A stretch of 64,000 nucleotides of DNA. It comes from Trichosphaerium sp. ATCC 40318 (lineage: Eukaryota; Protista; Tubulinea). Of this stretch, positions 13,685-28,103 are shown piece by piece. How positions within the stretch are numbered: position 1 is the first letter of the stretch; each line of letters opens with the position of its first letter. The position numbers were made by a program, and so were the translations under genes. The notes under the pieces were generated by a model that saw only the letters and a list, made by a program, of their open reading frames with translations, was not told where the DNA came from and did not search any database. The DNA is taken from NCBI GenBank assembly GCA_038496445.1, contig JALMLS010000309.1, positions 124,001 through 188,000 of the forward strand, written 5' to 3'.

Positions 13685-15958
13685 TTATTTATCACGTCTT
13701 TTATCCTTATCAGCACGTGGGGGCTTAACAATAAACTCATTTCTAACCAAGTTAACACGAAGTAACAAGGAGTGAGACTTTGAAACAAATCCATCACCAA
13801 GTGATATAGCCTTTTCAAAAGTCTGGGTACGTTCATCCATAGTACGTGCGTACAATCGCTATTAAAAAAAAAGGGTAAATACAACAACAGCACAAAACAA
13901 AACAAAAACATTCAAACATCAAATCTTTTCTTTTTTTTTTGTAGAGTATTGTTTGACTTGGCTGTACCTTGTTATGGGAATCAATACGAGCAGCAATTTC
14001 GCCATCTTGGATAAGTTGAGCGAGCTCTTGAGTGAGAGCATCGACTGAAGTCTTAAATGATGCTGCCATTTTTTCCATGTCAACAGAGGTGAATGGGCTA
14101 AGGAATAAATAAGCCAAGCTAATCAAAAAAAAAAACGGCCATACCTAAAGTACTGAACCAAAGCTTTGCTTCTGATCTTTTCATACAATGATTTGATATG
14201 GTCATGAAGGTGAATATCCAACTGTGTGTCCTTCTACAAATAAAAGCCATGAGTTACAACCATACAACCGCAACAACAGAACAATTTATTTTTGGAAGGA
14301 AATCAAAAAAAACAATTTTGGCGTTCTTAAAGCAACCAGGCTCAATAATAATTCATAACTTGCATATTTATTTGATTATTAAACAAATAAGAGGTAGAGC
14401 AAGGCCACCAAAATTTGAAAAAATGTAAGGAGAAAAGTGACGTACTTGGAAGACCTCCAATTTTGAAAGGAAAGAAGCGTAACGGCTGTTGTAAAAGTCT
14501 TCAATAAGTTTATAAAGGCTAGGAATGAGCTCCCAGAAGGCCTTAAACTTGGTATTATCGAGAATCTAAGTATTAAAATGAGTCCAAACCAAAAACACCA
14601 ATTTGTTTCCTTATCTGGATCAATACGTACCAAGCGCTTGATTTCTTCTCTAGAGAAGGTAGCAAGACCACAAAGACCACCGTAGACAGCTACATCACGT
14701 GGTACAATAACCTAGCGAAAAACATGAGACAACAGCCAAAAAAGCTGAAAAAAGTTCAATGAAGAAAGCCTTCAATATGCATCACAGTGGTCGGGCTTTC
14801 TTTAAAATATGTACTTAAACGCACCTCAGTGAACGTATCTGCGAGTACAGCAGGTGTATCAATGAACTTTTTGGCTGCTTGTTTGTACTTTCTATTTTCA
14901 AGATTGGCAAGGCCAGAGCACACCTTTAGCTTTGCTGCAGTGACAACATCCTATTACAAGGTGTTACATCGAAGAACAACCAAAAAATTATTTCTACAAG
15001 GATTGTACCTTATCGTCAGCTGTTTGTTCAGCCTTTGATACGTAGTTGTGTACATGAGAGAAATTACCAAGCTCAATAGAAACTCTAGACAAAAATATAA
15101 ACATTCGCGTAGCGGCACAATTATTTTTTTTGAAAGTATTCAGTGAAGCCAAGAAAAGTTTAAAGACACTCAACTTTTTTTTTTTCAATTTTTTGCATTT
15201 TAGAGCGTTGAAAATGACTATCACGCTATCATACCTTATAACGTGCATGCACATCTCGATTATATGCGCAGCTGATGTACAGTAATCTCTAGCACGCACG
15301 TAACACCTCAAGGATGATTGTAGGTCACCACGCTCGTAGAAAAAGTTACCCAATTCGATGTTTCCAACCTACAAAGAGTAAACGGCTTGAATATAATTTT
15401 TTTTGTGTATTCCTTTTGGCATACGCCATAGCGTATCAACGTAGTTGTTTTGGTCGTTTATTATTAAAAGTTCACGTACGCGGATGCTTTCTTTGATTAG
15501 ACTGGCTTTGGCAGCTTCTAGGTCATGTTCTAAGCGATCCATTTGCTGTGCAGCCTTTTTATCAACAGCGTCTGCCCAGGAAGCGTCGATTTGCAGCTTT
15601 TTTAGTTAGGTGAGTATTTAGGCTTTAAATGTAACAAACACTGGTTACAGTAGCTTGTGTTGTTTGTTGAAGCAGGTACCTTGCTCAAAGCGTCGTCTGG
15701 TAGTCCCTGTAGCAATCGCCTGTAATAAGTTGTGTTTTGCGACAGTTTTAGCTCTTCAATAGCCATTTGGTATGCTTTGGTTTGAAGTTTTGGGCAACGT
15801 TCAGCAATAAAAACAAGGCGAGTTACTTTGGTTCTACCAGAGTAATCTTTAATATACTCGTCTACAGAGTATTCGCCTGAAGGCTCAACTACAGGCAAAG
15901 CCTTTTCTTGTTTAACCTCGCTTTGGCCATTTGTGCCCTTTGGCTTTGGGTCCGACAT
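13685..15958 (-). CDS. CSN1: COP9 signalosome subunit 1 (PCI domain)
   Basis: YSGRTKVTRLVFIAERCP, GDLQSSLRCYVRARDYCT, DVAVYGGLCGLATFSR, PFTSVDMEKMA...IAARIDSHNK, last exon RLYART...KPPRADKDKRRDK-TAA. Confidence 0.95.
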
Positions 15959-16189
15959 GCTTTCGTTGTGTAAAAAACAGTTACCTAAGCGTTACGAGAA
16001 GAAAAAGGAAGCAGGTTGACCAACTCAACGAAGAATTCTTTCGGTCATAAGATTCCGCATGCTACGTATTGTGAACGTTGGCAGTTGCCAACGTTAAGAA
16101 TTCAATGGTATACTACTGTCAGACAACGTTTTATCAACTCGATTTTTATGAGGTTTTTGTTTTTTTTTTCTTTTTTCGTTTTTTGCAGT

Positions 16190-18682
16190 TTAGATGGTGT
16201 TGTTGGATTTGTGTTTTTTGTCATCCTGGTCTATAGGTTGATACTCATATAATTCATCTTCTCGGGCTGCGCAGCATGGAGGTACAGGATTACAACATCC
16301 AGCAAACTGAGGATATGCTTTCTTTGCCAAGGTGGCGTAACGATACAGTACTAGTCCTGTTAAAATTACAACCAGTCCGCCAATGATGTAAGGAGAGAAT
16401 TTACTCTTCTCAATCAAAGGCCATTTAAAGTAAAACAGAACAATGGAAAGTGGGAGGGTAGCCTAAATAAGGAAAAGCGTTGTCAGTACTATAGATGTTT
16501 TGGTGTTTTGTGTAGCATGTAATACTCGTAAAGGATAGTACCTTGATGGCAATAAACATAACCAGTGCTGATGCACGCTTGAGAAGAACCAAGAGTACAA
16601 TATTAAACGTGAGATTTAGTGCCTGTAATAACACAATTAGCCAAAAAAGAGGTGCCTTCTATTGATTTATGTCGTTAAGCGTACCATGTATACCATCCAT
16701 GGATATGGATCATACTTGCAATTTCCATCACCAGGATCCACTGGACTTGCAGGTGCAGTGGAAGGAATAGGTACAGCTTTACCAGCAAAGCATCTAAAGA
16801 TACACATAAGTTTTTTTGTTAAAGATTTAACGACATACTCAAAGCCGTGCTTGATGTACGATCCAAAAGGTTCTCCTTTTGTTTTTTGACCCAATACTAT
16901 AGTCAATGGTAGGAAAATTGGCCAGAAAACCATTTGGAATAGTGAACTGTGAGAGTTGACGATGAAAATATCGATTCCTTTCTAAAACAGGAGATGAACT
17001 TTAGTATTCTAATTTTTTCTTTAAATTTTCTTGTAATTTTGTACTTACCCTCTTTGCAAATACCAGTTCTTTTACACTAATAAAACATATCAATAAATAT
17101 TAAAAAGTAATTATAAGTATCTTACGTGAATGAAATAGCGTTGGGGAGAGTAGAGAGTGCCATTAAAATTGAGTAACCTAAACAAATAGATTTTAGTTTT
17201 TTCGTTTTTCTGTACGAAATATTTCTATGACTGTTATCGCTTACCAATTGGGTTGTTTGCATGATTACCACCTTGAAACTCAGGTATGAGAGCAATAGTT
17301 GCTCCACTCAATACAACTAAGCATGCCCAACACTGCCAAAATGTGTACCTTGGTGCAGATGTCAATTCAAGAGTTCGTTACTTTCAATGAAGCATTGCTG
17401 ATTGATAGCGTACTTTGTGCGTAAAATAACAAGCGCTGATAGGATAGAGAATATAATAATTGCTTGTGATACAAGAGAAGTCATTTGTCCAGAGATATAA
17501 GGTTGCCTAAAGTCGTTTTGTAAGAACAAAAGGATTTTTTCATGAGATAAAGATTTACGCAATAAGTCCAAGAATGTTTCCCATTGAGTCCATGAGTCCC
17601 ATAATCATAAAGTACTTTATATTAGGTAACCTTTAAACGCTGTTTTAGGTGATTTTGTGGACTTGTATGGACGTACCAGTCCCAAGCCTAGAAAGAGTCG
17701 TTAGAGGTCTTGTAGTATAAGAAAAAACGGGGTGCTGTTTCCACAACGGCTGTTCAAGCGTACAGATTGTAGAGCAGCAAATATGCCAGCTTTCTTGTTT
17801 CTAACTTCATAGTTTATGGCTAGCTTTCTTTGACGTTCACTAAGGCACTTGTTGTTAGTCTTGGAGGCAAACAAAGAACATGTAGTGGTTGACACTTTAC
17901 ATGATTTCAAAATATCCTTACCTTCTCCATGGCCACATTAACATGTCGTATGGCACAATACCAATTAAAAAACGCACAAGTAAGATAGCAAAAAATACAA
18001 GCACGTAGCTGAGTAGACGCGTAAGTATTAAAAAAATTGGGGTTCGAGAGGTATTTGCTCTATTTCTACATTGTGGTTCAAACACATTGACAGTGTTTTT
18101 AGCAAAAATGAAGGGAGCGTGGAAGTTCTCTTTTTCCCATTTTACTGTTTTCGCTTGTATTGTATTTAACACGCAATTTCACAACGTACCAGATAGCGTT
18201 AAACAAACCAAGGAAAAAATTGTATTTTCCCATTGGTTTTGACATGACTTTGTTAGCTACGCGATTAAATGATCCTAGAACAAGTTTTTAGTATGTTTGT
18301 TTGTAGTGACATCTACATTTTTTTGTGAATCGTCAAAAATATTATTAAACGCTGTCCAGGCACTATCACCAATTGTGTGGTGTGTTGCAGTTGTAAAATC
18401 GTAATTTTGTACATTTTTGCTGTAAAAGGCGTAGTAAAAAGCGGATAAATAGGTGGCGCTTATTTACGCTCGTATATTAACGTACCAGATACAATAGTGA
18501 GAATCAATAGTACAATTATTATAGCCTCCTTCTTTAGGTCTATCTTCTTTGATTTCTTCGGTACTACGCCAGTTATTAGTGTTTTGTGAAGCGTTAAAGC
18601 GATTACACTCTTCATTGCTGCCACTATAGTCACGTTCGAACGCGTCGTTGTTTCGAGTGTTTATTGAGCCTCTAGACGCCAT
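16190..18682 (-). CDS. CRT-like (chloroquine-resistance transporter family, CLT/CRTP) membrane transporter
   Basis: Spliced IVS-G-SFNRVANKVMSKPMGKYNFFL, YVLVFFAILLVRFLIGIV, QAIIIFSILSALVILRTKY, FNIVLLVLLKRASALVMF, ATLPLSIVLFYFKWP. Start exon inferred. Confidence 0.85.
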
Positions 18683-18997
18683 CGTGGAGGTGTAGCGCGT
18701 TAATTGATGGCTTTTTTTTAATGTTGAAACTTCCGTTGAATAAGTACTAACGTATTCACGCTTTTATTCAAAAAATAATAGTCCTTCTGGTATGACGCCC
18801 AGTATTCAATACACTATTCCCGAGTTTGAAGCTGTAACAGTCTTTTCCGAAAAAAACACGAAGAAATAAACTCAACACGTATCTAAACGTCATGTACTTG
18901 TGAATCGAGTACGAACACGTTAAAGGAAGGTTTTATTAGTTGCTGTTTTGGTTTTTTTGGGAGAAGAAATACCAAATACCAAAAAAAACATTTTGGC

Positions 18998-20637
18998 CTA
19001 CATGTAGAACAAAACTGAGATTGACTCGCCATTATGGGTTCTACGTATAGCCTCGGCAAGCATAGGTGCAATATCAATCACCTGGTACACAAAAAGTAAG
19101 TTGGTTGATGTAACAAATAGAAACAAATAGTTTTTTCTTGCAAGAAAGTTGTCAGAAAAATTGTCATTTTACACGTATTCAGGTTCTTTGGTGCGTACCT
19201 TTAGTTTATCACAAGTGCGGACGTTTTCAGATTGAGGAATAGTATTTGTAACAACAAGAGCCTTCAAACAAGACTCGTTCAAACGCTTAACAGCAGGACC
19301 TAAAAAAAAAGAATCAGAAAAACAAATCCGTTAAGTTTTTACATACCTGATAACACTCCATGCGTGACCAATGCGTATACGCCTTCAGCGCCTTGATCCA
19401 TCAAGGAATCAGCTGCTAATTTTAGTGTACCGCACGTGTCAGCCATGTCATCAACCAAAATACACGTTTTACCCTTAACATCACCAACAAGTGTCATACC
19501 TGCAACCTACAGAATAAAGAACGTAAGCAACATTAATCACGTGATTGTTTTTCGTATTTCAGAAAATAACAATAAATTTTGAATACAAGATGCGCACGTG
19601 ATTAGCCTTTTTTCTCTCCTTGTGAATAATAGCAAGGTCCAAGTTTAGTTTATCAGATACAGCCTTTGCGCGCTACAACAAGAATTGAGTCAAAAAACTC
19701 AGAAAAACATTTACAAAATGTTTCCTTGGTTTTTCTTGGTGGTTGTTGACGTTAGTACCTTTACACCACCAGCATCTGGTGATACGATAACCTTTCTTTC
19801 ACCAGGTATCCGCTGGATGTACTTAACGAGCAAAGGTTCAGCGTACAAATTGTCCACTGGTATGTCAAAAAATCCCTAAGAAAAACAAGTTAATGATAAT
19901 TTTTTGAAAACTCATAATTGCATCATATGGCAAAGAAGATACGTCTCATAGCAATTGTAGTTGGTTCCTAGCTCATACCAAAACATAAAAAGGTCTTTTG
20001 ACATACCTGAATTTGTGACGCGTGTAAATCAACTGTAATTACGCGATCAATACCGCTGACTTGAATCAAGTTAGCCACAAGCTTTCCTGTTATTGGTGCG
20101 CGGGATTTATCCTTTTTATCTTGCCTGTACGCTTTTTAGTGTTTGTTTACGCACTTGTTATGGTTTTTGAGTGGTTTTGAGGCTTGTTATTTAGAAATGG
20201 ATACTCTGCTACATTTACGAACTAAATGTACCTGGCATAGCCAAAACAAGGTATAACAGCTGTTACACGAAGAGCTGAGGCGCGTTTCATTGCATCTGCC
20301 ATTATAAGCAGTTCCATCAAATTGTCGTTTACGTTAGGGTTGCACGTTGGTTGTATAATGAACACATCGCAGTCGCGTGTAGATTCTGCGTTGTTGTAGT
20401 GAGTAACAGTATTTTACAAGCGAAGAAAGGCATGAAATACGCTCTAGAGCTTTCTAAAGTGCCTTCAACGATGTTGAAACATTCCTCACCTTCGATTTTG
20501 ACTTGCGTTTCTCCATTCGAGAATTTACCAACTACCGCTCTACTAAGCTTTATGCCAAGGTTTTTGGCGATTTCCCGAGCAAGGTTTGGATTACCGGTCC
20601 CTGAGAATATTTTTACTGGTACTGTCTTCTTTGACAT
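18998..20637 (-). CDS. PRPS: Ribose-phosphate pyrophosphokinase (PRPP synthetase)
   Basis: [72 protein letters not shown]. Confidence 0.96.
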
Positions 20638-21589
20638 TAGGTCGTGCTTGTGTGATAGGAAATGCGCTCAAAAACAAAAAGCTGGTCAAAGCGTCTCACC
20701 TCGTGAAAACCTTTTGTTGAATCGTTCATCGTGTAAGTCGTCTTTGACACGCTGTCATGTAGTCACTTGCCTATACAGCTCTTTTTAAGCAAGAAAACAG
20801 TGCATTCTTAGTTTTAAGGCGTAATATGACGCTTAACACGTACAATTTAATTCTAGATGAGCTTAGTATGTAGTCGATTAGTTGTAGATTGTCTAACGAG
20901 GTACACTAGAGTTAAGCGTTTCCTTGTACGAATTTTACCAAACATTGACCAAACACTTAAAAAAGTTGCTTACGAAAAGTGTCATTGTACGATCGCGAAC
21001 ACATTCATTTTCTAGTCTTAGTATCGCTGGCTTTGAGCTTACTAAGTACTCGCATTCATTACGCAATTTAACTTACCTGAGCACGTGAATTCCTACTTCT
21101 TTCTACTTTAATTAACTTCGATGATAGCACATATATAGAAGCTTTGAATAACGATAAGTCCCAACTAGTAACAAGCACGTGAATATTTAGAGCAATAGAA
21201 ATATTACCAGCTTATGTAAGGTTCCACCTCGGTTCAGTAGCGAGTGTTGAAACGGGTGGAGTAGTGGTCTATACATGCGAGGCGAAGCATAGCACTAGAA
21301 GGAGCATGCTTGTTTGTACAGGTTACCCTGCTAGATTAGGCAAGCTATCCAAGATATTTACCCATACGAGTACTTTGCATGGCACTAATTGCATTAATAT
21401 AGATGCTCGTTGCTCATCGGGAGCAACTGTTGAATAGTATCTTAACATTAAATTACATTTGTTGCAAACGATTATGAGTATTTATTTGCTAACTATGGCA
21501 CGTGCCCTATTATACAAAAGGTAATATATTGTAAGGATAATATAGCCTTTAAAGACGTCGAATCAAGTTTTTGCTATCACATTTGATGG

Positions 21590-22260
21590 TTTACCATTCT
21601 TCTTTACGTCAAACTAGCTCTCCATGAATCCAGGTAAATTGTCCGTTAACTATTCCGCTTTCATACGAATCTTTTTGCTCTCCGTGTAGTATATGATTGC
21701 GCAACATTGCGTTTAGCTTAAGTTTACAACTTTCATACCACTCTTTGGTTTCGCAATGCCGTTTTCATCACCACATACTTTGTACCTTGAGCTGTCCATT
21801 TTCCCATGTTTTGCTTTCACCTCTTGTTTCCCTTTAACCCATGAAGTTGTCCGTTTTCATGCCATGCCTTGCTTTCGCCATGGTCTTTACCATCAACTAT
21901 CATTTCTTGCACGTGAAGTTGACTGTTTTCATACCAGGTCCATGAAGACAGGAAAAAATTTTCTCTAAATGCATTGTGGCAACAATAGAATATCGGTAGT
22001 GATTCCCTAAGTACGCAAGTTATCTAAGCCACAATACCAGCTGATGACCATCGTGTTTTGTTTTACGTAACAAATAGGACCAGCAAATTGTAAGCATGTT
22101 TTTTTGGACTGAATTGTGTCAACGATAATACAATTTAGCGTGGTCTTAGTTTGGTATGATAACCGGCATAAATCGTACAATACCCCTTTTCCATTTAACT
22201 CTACGTTTTTCGCAGTTCTCTCCACACATAGATCTCTATTCCTGTCATAGCGTCCTGTAC
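21590..22260 (-). pseudogene. Degenerate MORN-variant (MORN_2/YwqK-like) repeat pseudogene
   Basis: Minus strand reads WYENSQLHVQEMIVDGKDHGESKAWHENGQL, WENGQLKVQ, KRHCETKEWYESCKL, LHGEQKDSYESG across frameshifts and stops. Confidence 0.75.
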
Positions 22261-23010
22261 TTTTGTATCCACATACAAAGGTGAATGTAATTGTGTCAGT
22301 GCTAAGAGCCAGCTACTTACTTACAATAACAAAAACTTTGCCATTCTTAGTACTAGCTTGGAAAAATTAAAACACTGGAGAAAGTGCAGCAACAGTTGTG
22401 ACGTGTTTTCTCTTTTTCTTGGAAAAGTAGTAGCACCCATGAATGTATTGAACACGTGACTTTAGAATTTTTGGCAAGGTCAATTGTATGTATGGAAGTC
22501 TGTTGTTCAGCAATTATTAGTTCGAAAAAGGCGTAGGTACAGGCGTCATTTTGAAATTAGGTCAGAAAATGTTAACACAAGAGTGTATTTGCTTTCAAGT
22601 GTAAAAAGTTTGTCAAATACCTACAAGGCAGTGTCGTGTACTACAACTATCAATACAAGTGGTATTGGCACACCAAAGGTTTTACTTACTGCAACACATG
22701 GATACAGCTTTGCTCAATACGTAAACAAATAGCGAAACTGAAAATGTACAACAAAACCAAAACTGATATCAGAACTGGAGATCTGAGCAAACACGTACTC
22801 TACTCTCTTCGCTATGAGGAGCCTACCCCATCCAAAAGAAATACAGGGTTTTGGATTGGGAAGTTTAAGAGGGTTGTGAACTGTACACAGTATTTGATTG
22901 TCTGAAAATGAAGTTTCTCATCTTTTTATCTTGCCGCCAAAATGGCCATATCATAGAATATCTTAGACTGCGTTAAAACTCATTTATACCCACTACACAT
23001 CACAAGAGTA

Positions 23011-25011
23011 ATGGCTAAAGTATTAAAGAAAGCGAATAAAGACACTGTAGCGTTTAATTCGATACCAGTCGAGGTACAAGTTATGATATGCGCGTTCCTT
23101 GATGACGTCAATCGCTACTCTATGTGCTGCTGCTCTAGGCTCTATGTCGGTATTATGCATAACGTTGTCGGCATTGTGAACGCTAGGGTATGCTCTAGTG
23201 ATGACGCGGAGCGTATGAGGCAATACAACGGATACAAACGCAATACGATGATGATTTACGAAACAAGAAAACAATATGATCAACCATACCACGAACCACC
23301 ACTTTACGTCGTACCACGACGCGAACCATTTTCGCTAAAGGTTTTTTGTGGGTTTAAGAAAGTTTCTCTTGACTACTACGATGCTCCGATAACAGATGAA
23401 GACTTGAAGTTCCTGTCAGGAGTCGAAGAGCTTCACGTGATTAACCAAAAATGTGATGTAACAGATGAAGGCTTAAGTCATATCTCTGGTGTCAAAAAAC
23501 TTTTCATTTCAAGTCAAAGCATAACCGGTTCTGGGTTCGTTCATCTTGAGGGTATACAAGAGCTAACATTGGGGCATTGTAATCTAACAGATGATTCGCT
23601 TAAGTACCTATGTGGATTGAAAAGTTTAACGTTTCTTGCGCCTTGTAACACGCTCACAGATGAAGGGTTTAAGTACCTATCTGGATTAAGGAGTTTGAGG
23701 TTCAAGAAGTATTGTCCCATTTCGGATGACGGACTTTCTTATCTGTCAGGCTTAAGGCACTTAGTATTTGATACATCTTGTGGTACTATTACAGATAAAG
23801 GTCTTTTGTATCTGTCAGGATTAAAGAGTCTGGAACTAAGGGCGGCTGTTGGTACCATTACAGGGGAAGGGCTTAAGCACCTGTCTAACTTGACAAGCTT
23901 GAGATTTTCTAGTCTACCTGGAGTCGACAAGGATGGGTTTAAACATCTTGTTAACCTAAAGGAACTATCTTGTTCTCACGGTGAAGGTTTTACGGATGAT
24001 CATCTTAAGTGCTTTGAAAACCTTGAGTGTCTTAACCTATCACACACTCACATAACAGACGAAGGATTGAAACATATTAAGAAGCTAAGAAAGCTTTGTT
24101 TGTTTGGAACTATGGATTGTATAACAACAGAAGGTTTACAACATATCAAGGGCATTGAGGAAGGTAGCTTTCTCTTCGAAGGTGCCTTAACAGCAGACTG
24201 CTACAAGTATCTCTCTGGTATACGCAGATTAAATATTGTACGACAAGGTAAACATGCTATACCATGTGATGAATTATTGAGCTACCTCGCAGGTATTGAA
24301 GATATTTGCATAGCAGGTAAACCTTTTTACCGTACAGGAGTGTTTTTTAACATCATCCCCAGGTGCACATTTAGGATTGACATCAGAAGGTATTAAGTAC
24401 CTTTCAGGTGTTCACACGGTTGATTTAACTAAAACTACTGTTAACGACGAAGGTCTAAACTATCTCTCGGGTGCTCGTAGATTAACTCTGCATGGTACGT
24501 TATTCTTTTTCTCTCACGTGAAAAAGCACGTGCATTTGATACCCAAACGGATTTTTGTTGAGTTACTTTTTGTTTACTAATGCTCGTGTTAATAGCTTGC
24601 CATGATATCACTAATGATGGCTTGAAGCATCTCGCCGATGTTCCGTACCTCAATCTTTCTGATACTCAGATATCTGACGAAGGATTGAAGCATCTTGGCC
24701 GTGTTTCTTATCTTTATCTCGATGCTACAAATATTACTGATAATGGCATGAAGTACCTCAACCCTAGATTGCTATCTATTGTAATGACCGAAGTCACTGA
24801 CAACGGTCTTAATGCTTTGAACAAGACTTACCTCAGATCCGTCAATGTATCTTGGGCAAGAGTTACTACTAAAGGTATCAAGTCGTTGGGTGGTGTACCT
24901 TTTATACAAGTGAATGAAAACATTGGTAAGCACGTGGATGTAGATGATATTGGGAGGTCAACCTTGCGTTTGATTGATGAAGACATGTATGGTCACTATA
25001 TTATAAGCTAA
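23011..25011 (+). CDS. F-box + leucine-rich-repeat protein (introns 24317-24362 and 24495-24595)
   Basis: N-terminal F-box-like FNSIPVEVQVMICAFLD and many iTDeGLkyLsgl repeats. Removing the two GT-AG introns joins the three ORFs in frame. Confidence 0.88.
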
Positions 25012-25251
25012 AAAGGTGTACCCATTTACCATCAAAGGAATACCCCCTAATCACGAAGGACTAAATCTCGTCACTTCAAGTTGTTAAACATGCGTTGTTT
25101 GGAACTACAATAGGTTGTTGTACTCAAGATGCAACTTAAGCTTTCTTCTCAAAAATCACTAAGTACAAAATTAGGACTGTTTCTTTCCCACCAGTTGTCA
25201 AAATAAACGACTATTGTTAGCTGTGAATAACAGTTCATTATTGTACAAACA

Positions 25252-26514
25252 CTACAAAGTTATTGGTTTGTTGGGAAAAATCATTATCATTGGTGTGCCA
25301 TTACGATTCCAATGCTTTTCATTTTGTACCTGACCATATACATAAACACCTTGACGCTTCAATTGACCATTAGAGTACCAATTCTTTTCTTCTCCATGTT
25401 TATGTCCATTAACCCAAAAACAATGCCTCTTTAGTTGTCCATTCTCATGCCACATCTTTTCCTCTCCGTTTTGGTCATTTCTTACATACGTACATTGTGA
25501 ATGTATCTGACCATTAGATGGATAATAACGCTTTTCTTCACCTTCCTTCTTATCATTAACATAAAAGCGGTGGCACTCTAGTTGTCCATTTTCGAACCAA
25601 TACTTTTCCTCACCTTCTTTTCTTTCCAGAAACTTATCTTCTGAATGGGTGGTGTCATAATGACAAATACTTTTTAGGTTTCCATTTTCATACCAGTATT
25701 TTTCTTCTCCTTCTTTAACAAATTCGAAATAGAAGCACTGATTTCTCAGATTACCATTCTCGTACCAACACTTTTCTTCTCCACGTTTCTTATTATTAAT
25801 GTAGTGATTCTGGAGCTTCAGTTGGCCACTTGCATACCAATGCTTGACTTCTCCTTCTATCTTGCCATCAACAAAAGTACATTGAGCTTCTATTTTGCCA
25901 TTATTGTAATACAATGTCGTTAACCCTTCTTTCTTTCCTTTTCTGTAAACCATTTTTGATGCTAATGTTCCATTCTCATGATATTCCTCCTTCTCACCTT
26001 CTATTTCTCCATTGACATAGGGTAGGAGCTTGAAAATAGAACCGTCTGATATCCTGAACATTTTGATGTCTCCATGTCTCTTACCATTCTTGTAAAACCG
26101 ATGTTCCGCAAGGAATCCTTTGATCTCCCATGCCTTGTACTCGCCATCGAGTACGTCATCGACGTAATGACATTGTTTAATCTGCGAACCTCCTTTCCGC
26201 CAAGCCTTGCGAACGCCTTGTTTGAGTCCACCAGAATAAAACCTTACGTCTACTTTCAAACCACCACTGTATCTCATCCATTTACTTGTTTTTTCAAGTT
26301 GATATCAAACCTTGAGCATAATGCGGCTTGTTTGGATAGCAATGGCCATTTAACATAAGCAAAACAATCCAAGTCCATGATATCAAGTTGTAGCTCCACT
26401 GGGAGTTGGAGAAGACTCGTTTTATTCTGTTTTTGTTTGTGTGTCCTCTATTCAGCGTCAAAATATGTTAATACGTTAAAAATATATTGTACGTACTTTT
26501 CGTCTTGCCGCCAT
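25252..26514 (-). pseudogene. F-box-like + MORN-variant gene, frameshifted paralog of 34677-36495
   Basis: Same ATG/intron structure as the right copy. A 1-nt deletion near 26285 (caa gta aat vs caa ggt aaa) shifts the frame; a 341-aa ORF remains from 26277. Confidence 0.8.
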
Positions 26515-28103
26515 ACCGTTTTCTTGGTCGTGTTGCTGTAGTTATGAAAATTGCCTAAGAATTCGTGAGAAAATTCATTTTTTTTCATAGAGCCGCCTTT
26601 CTTGTTTTTTTCTAGTGTTAAAAATGTTCAATAGACTACTATCTCGCAAATACGCCTTAAAGTACTCGCTCACACAATTTAACCACAATAAATACAGTGG
26701 CGCCTAAGAAAATCTTGAGCGTGGAAGGCTTTACTTGACGTTGACAGTTGCTGGTACAATATCTTCATGCAATACTTAAGGGCGTCATCTCAGATTAGTG
26801 TTTACTAAATTGTACATGCTTTGATTTACTTTAAACTTTTGCCACACTACAAACACGTGTATACACAGCTCTGTGTAAAAAGTTGGCTTCGAATATGAAC
26901 TTCGAGCATTATGATGTGCTTTTTTTAGCAGTTTTTTTTTTATCTCAATTGTACATCCTCAGATTTTCCTTAAACTTTATATTCAAAGTCTGCACACATA
27001 TTTAAGGTGTTTTTGGCAATATCAGCTTCGAATATAAGGTTCAGGGATTGAATTTTCTTATTTTGGAAAGTAAATCTTAATTTAGTATTTTTCTTTTTGC
27101 AGATGCTTAATTTGCTTAATACGCTGATATACGGTTAATGTATGTGTGCTAAGTGCAGTCATCAAAAATGAACTTCAAATACAGGTTTTTGTTTAGTAAT
27201 AATGTAAATAGCCTAAAATGTGTTTATATGATAGTAAACGCGTTTAGACACTTTTCGGTTTTGGCACATCATTTTAAGCAGTTTTTTTTTTCAATTTTTC
27301 AAAGGCGACCTGTGTTGCTCTAAATCGCTATGGAGGATGCTTTGTGTGTCTGGAATGCATTGTGTAAAAAGTAGCAAATTCTGTACGCTGGGTCTAATCT
27401 GAGAGGACGCCCTTAAACGGTACTTATCACGTGTTAAAGGTTGGTATCGTTTCTAACGGTTTTGCGATTAGAATCCGAAAAAAATGCGAGATTGTAAACA
27501 TGTGTGCCAAAGGTACTACAACTGCGCCAATTCGAACTTTTACCATTGGTAGATACTATTGAATCTTGCAATTCATAGCGTAAGCTACGGAAATATGACA
27601 CATTGAAAAATTATATAATGTTCATTTCAATGAGGTTGAAATGCTTGATTGAGCATCTTATTCCAATACACAAGCTCACATATCCATTCAATGGAAAACT
27701 TGTATGCTTTTGTTACATCTCTGGTGGTACGTGATAAACACAACGCTACTGCTTGAAGATAAAAAATTTCATGGACGCACAAAATTCCTCTAATTCTAGC
27801 ACTCCAAATGCTGCAATGAGGAAGTATAGACTGTATATACGACGCTTAGCAGCACTACTGTATCTGTAAAGAAAAACGAGAATATCAAACATTGTCTGAG
27901 GTGCATGAGTGCGTTGAAAAAAGTTGAAATTTGTATGAGTGCGGATATTTTGTTGGTACTACAGGATTAATTTACGGCTACACAACCGTTAACTGTTTAG
28001 GTTTGATAAGCTGTTAAGCAACTACAATAGCGTAAACTGTTCTGTCATAACTGGGCAAATCTCAATATCTAGTTAAAAGTAGGTTTTCGTGGAGCTTTGT
28101 TAG
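25290..28103. repeat. Left arm of inverted duplication (about 25290-26640 plus 27962-28103; interrupted by ~1.3 kb)
   Basis: Reverse complement matches about 34421-36463, including the promoter. Example: cacaaccgttaactgtttagg...ctgggcaaatctcaatatctagttaaaagtagg matches 34430-34545. Confidence 0.9.
26776..27416. mobile_element. Non-autonomous DNA transposon (MITE), TTAA target duplication, GGG...CCC termini (Kolobok-like)
   Basis: ttaa|gggcgtcatctcagattag (26780-26798) ... ctaatctgagaggacgccc (27394-27412)|ttaa: 19-bp TIR with 1 mismatch. AT-rich non-coding interior; absent from the paralogous arm. Confidence 0.85.

Noticed and set aside
21069-21240. AACTTACCTG resembling the U1 snRNA 5' end
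   Set aside because: No U1 stem-loops, U1-70K/U1A loops or Sm site follow; it equally reads as a minus-strand donor (cag|gtaagt).
21220-21430. GC-richer stretch with hairpins (tccacc/ggtgga; gttgctc/gagcaac), possible ribozyme or ncRNA
   Set aside because: No complete hammerhead core or recognisable family; one frame is open, so it may be a coding relic.
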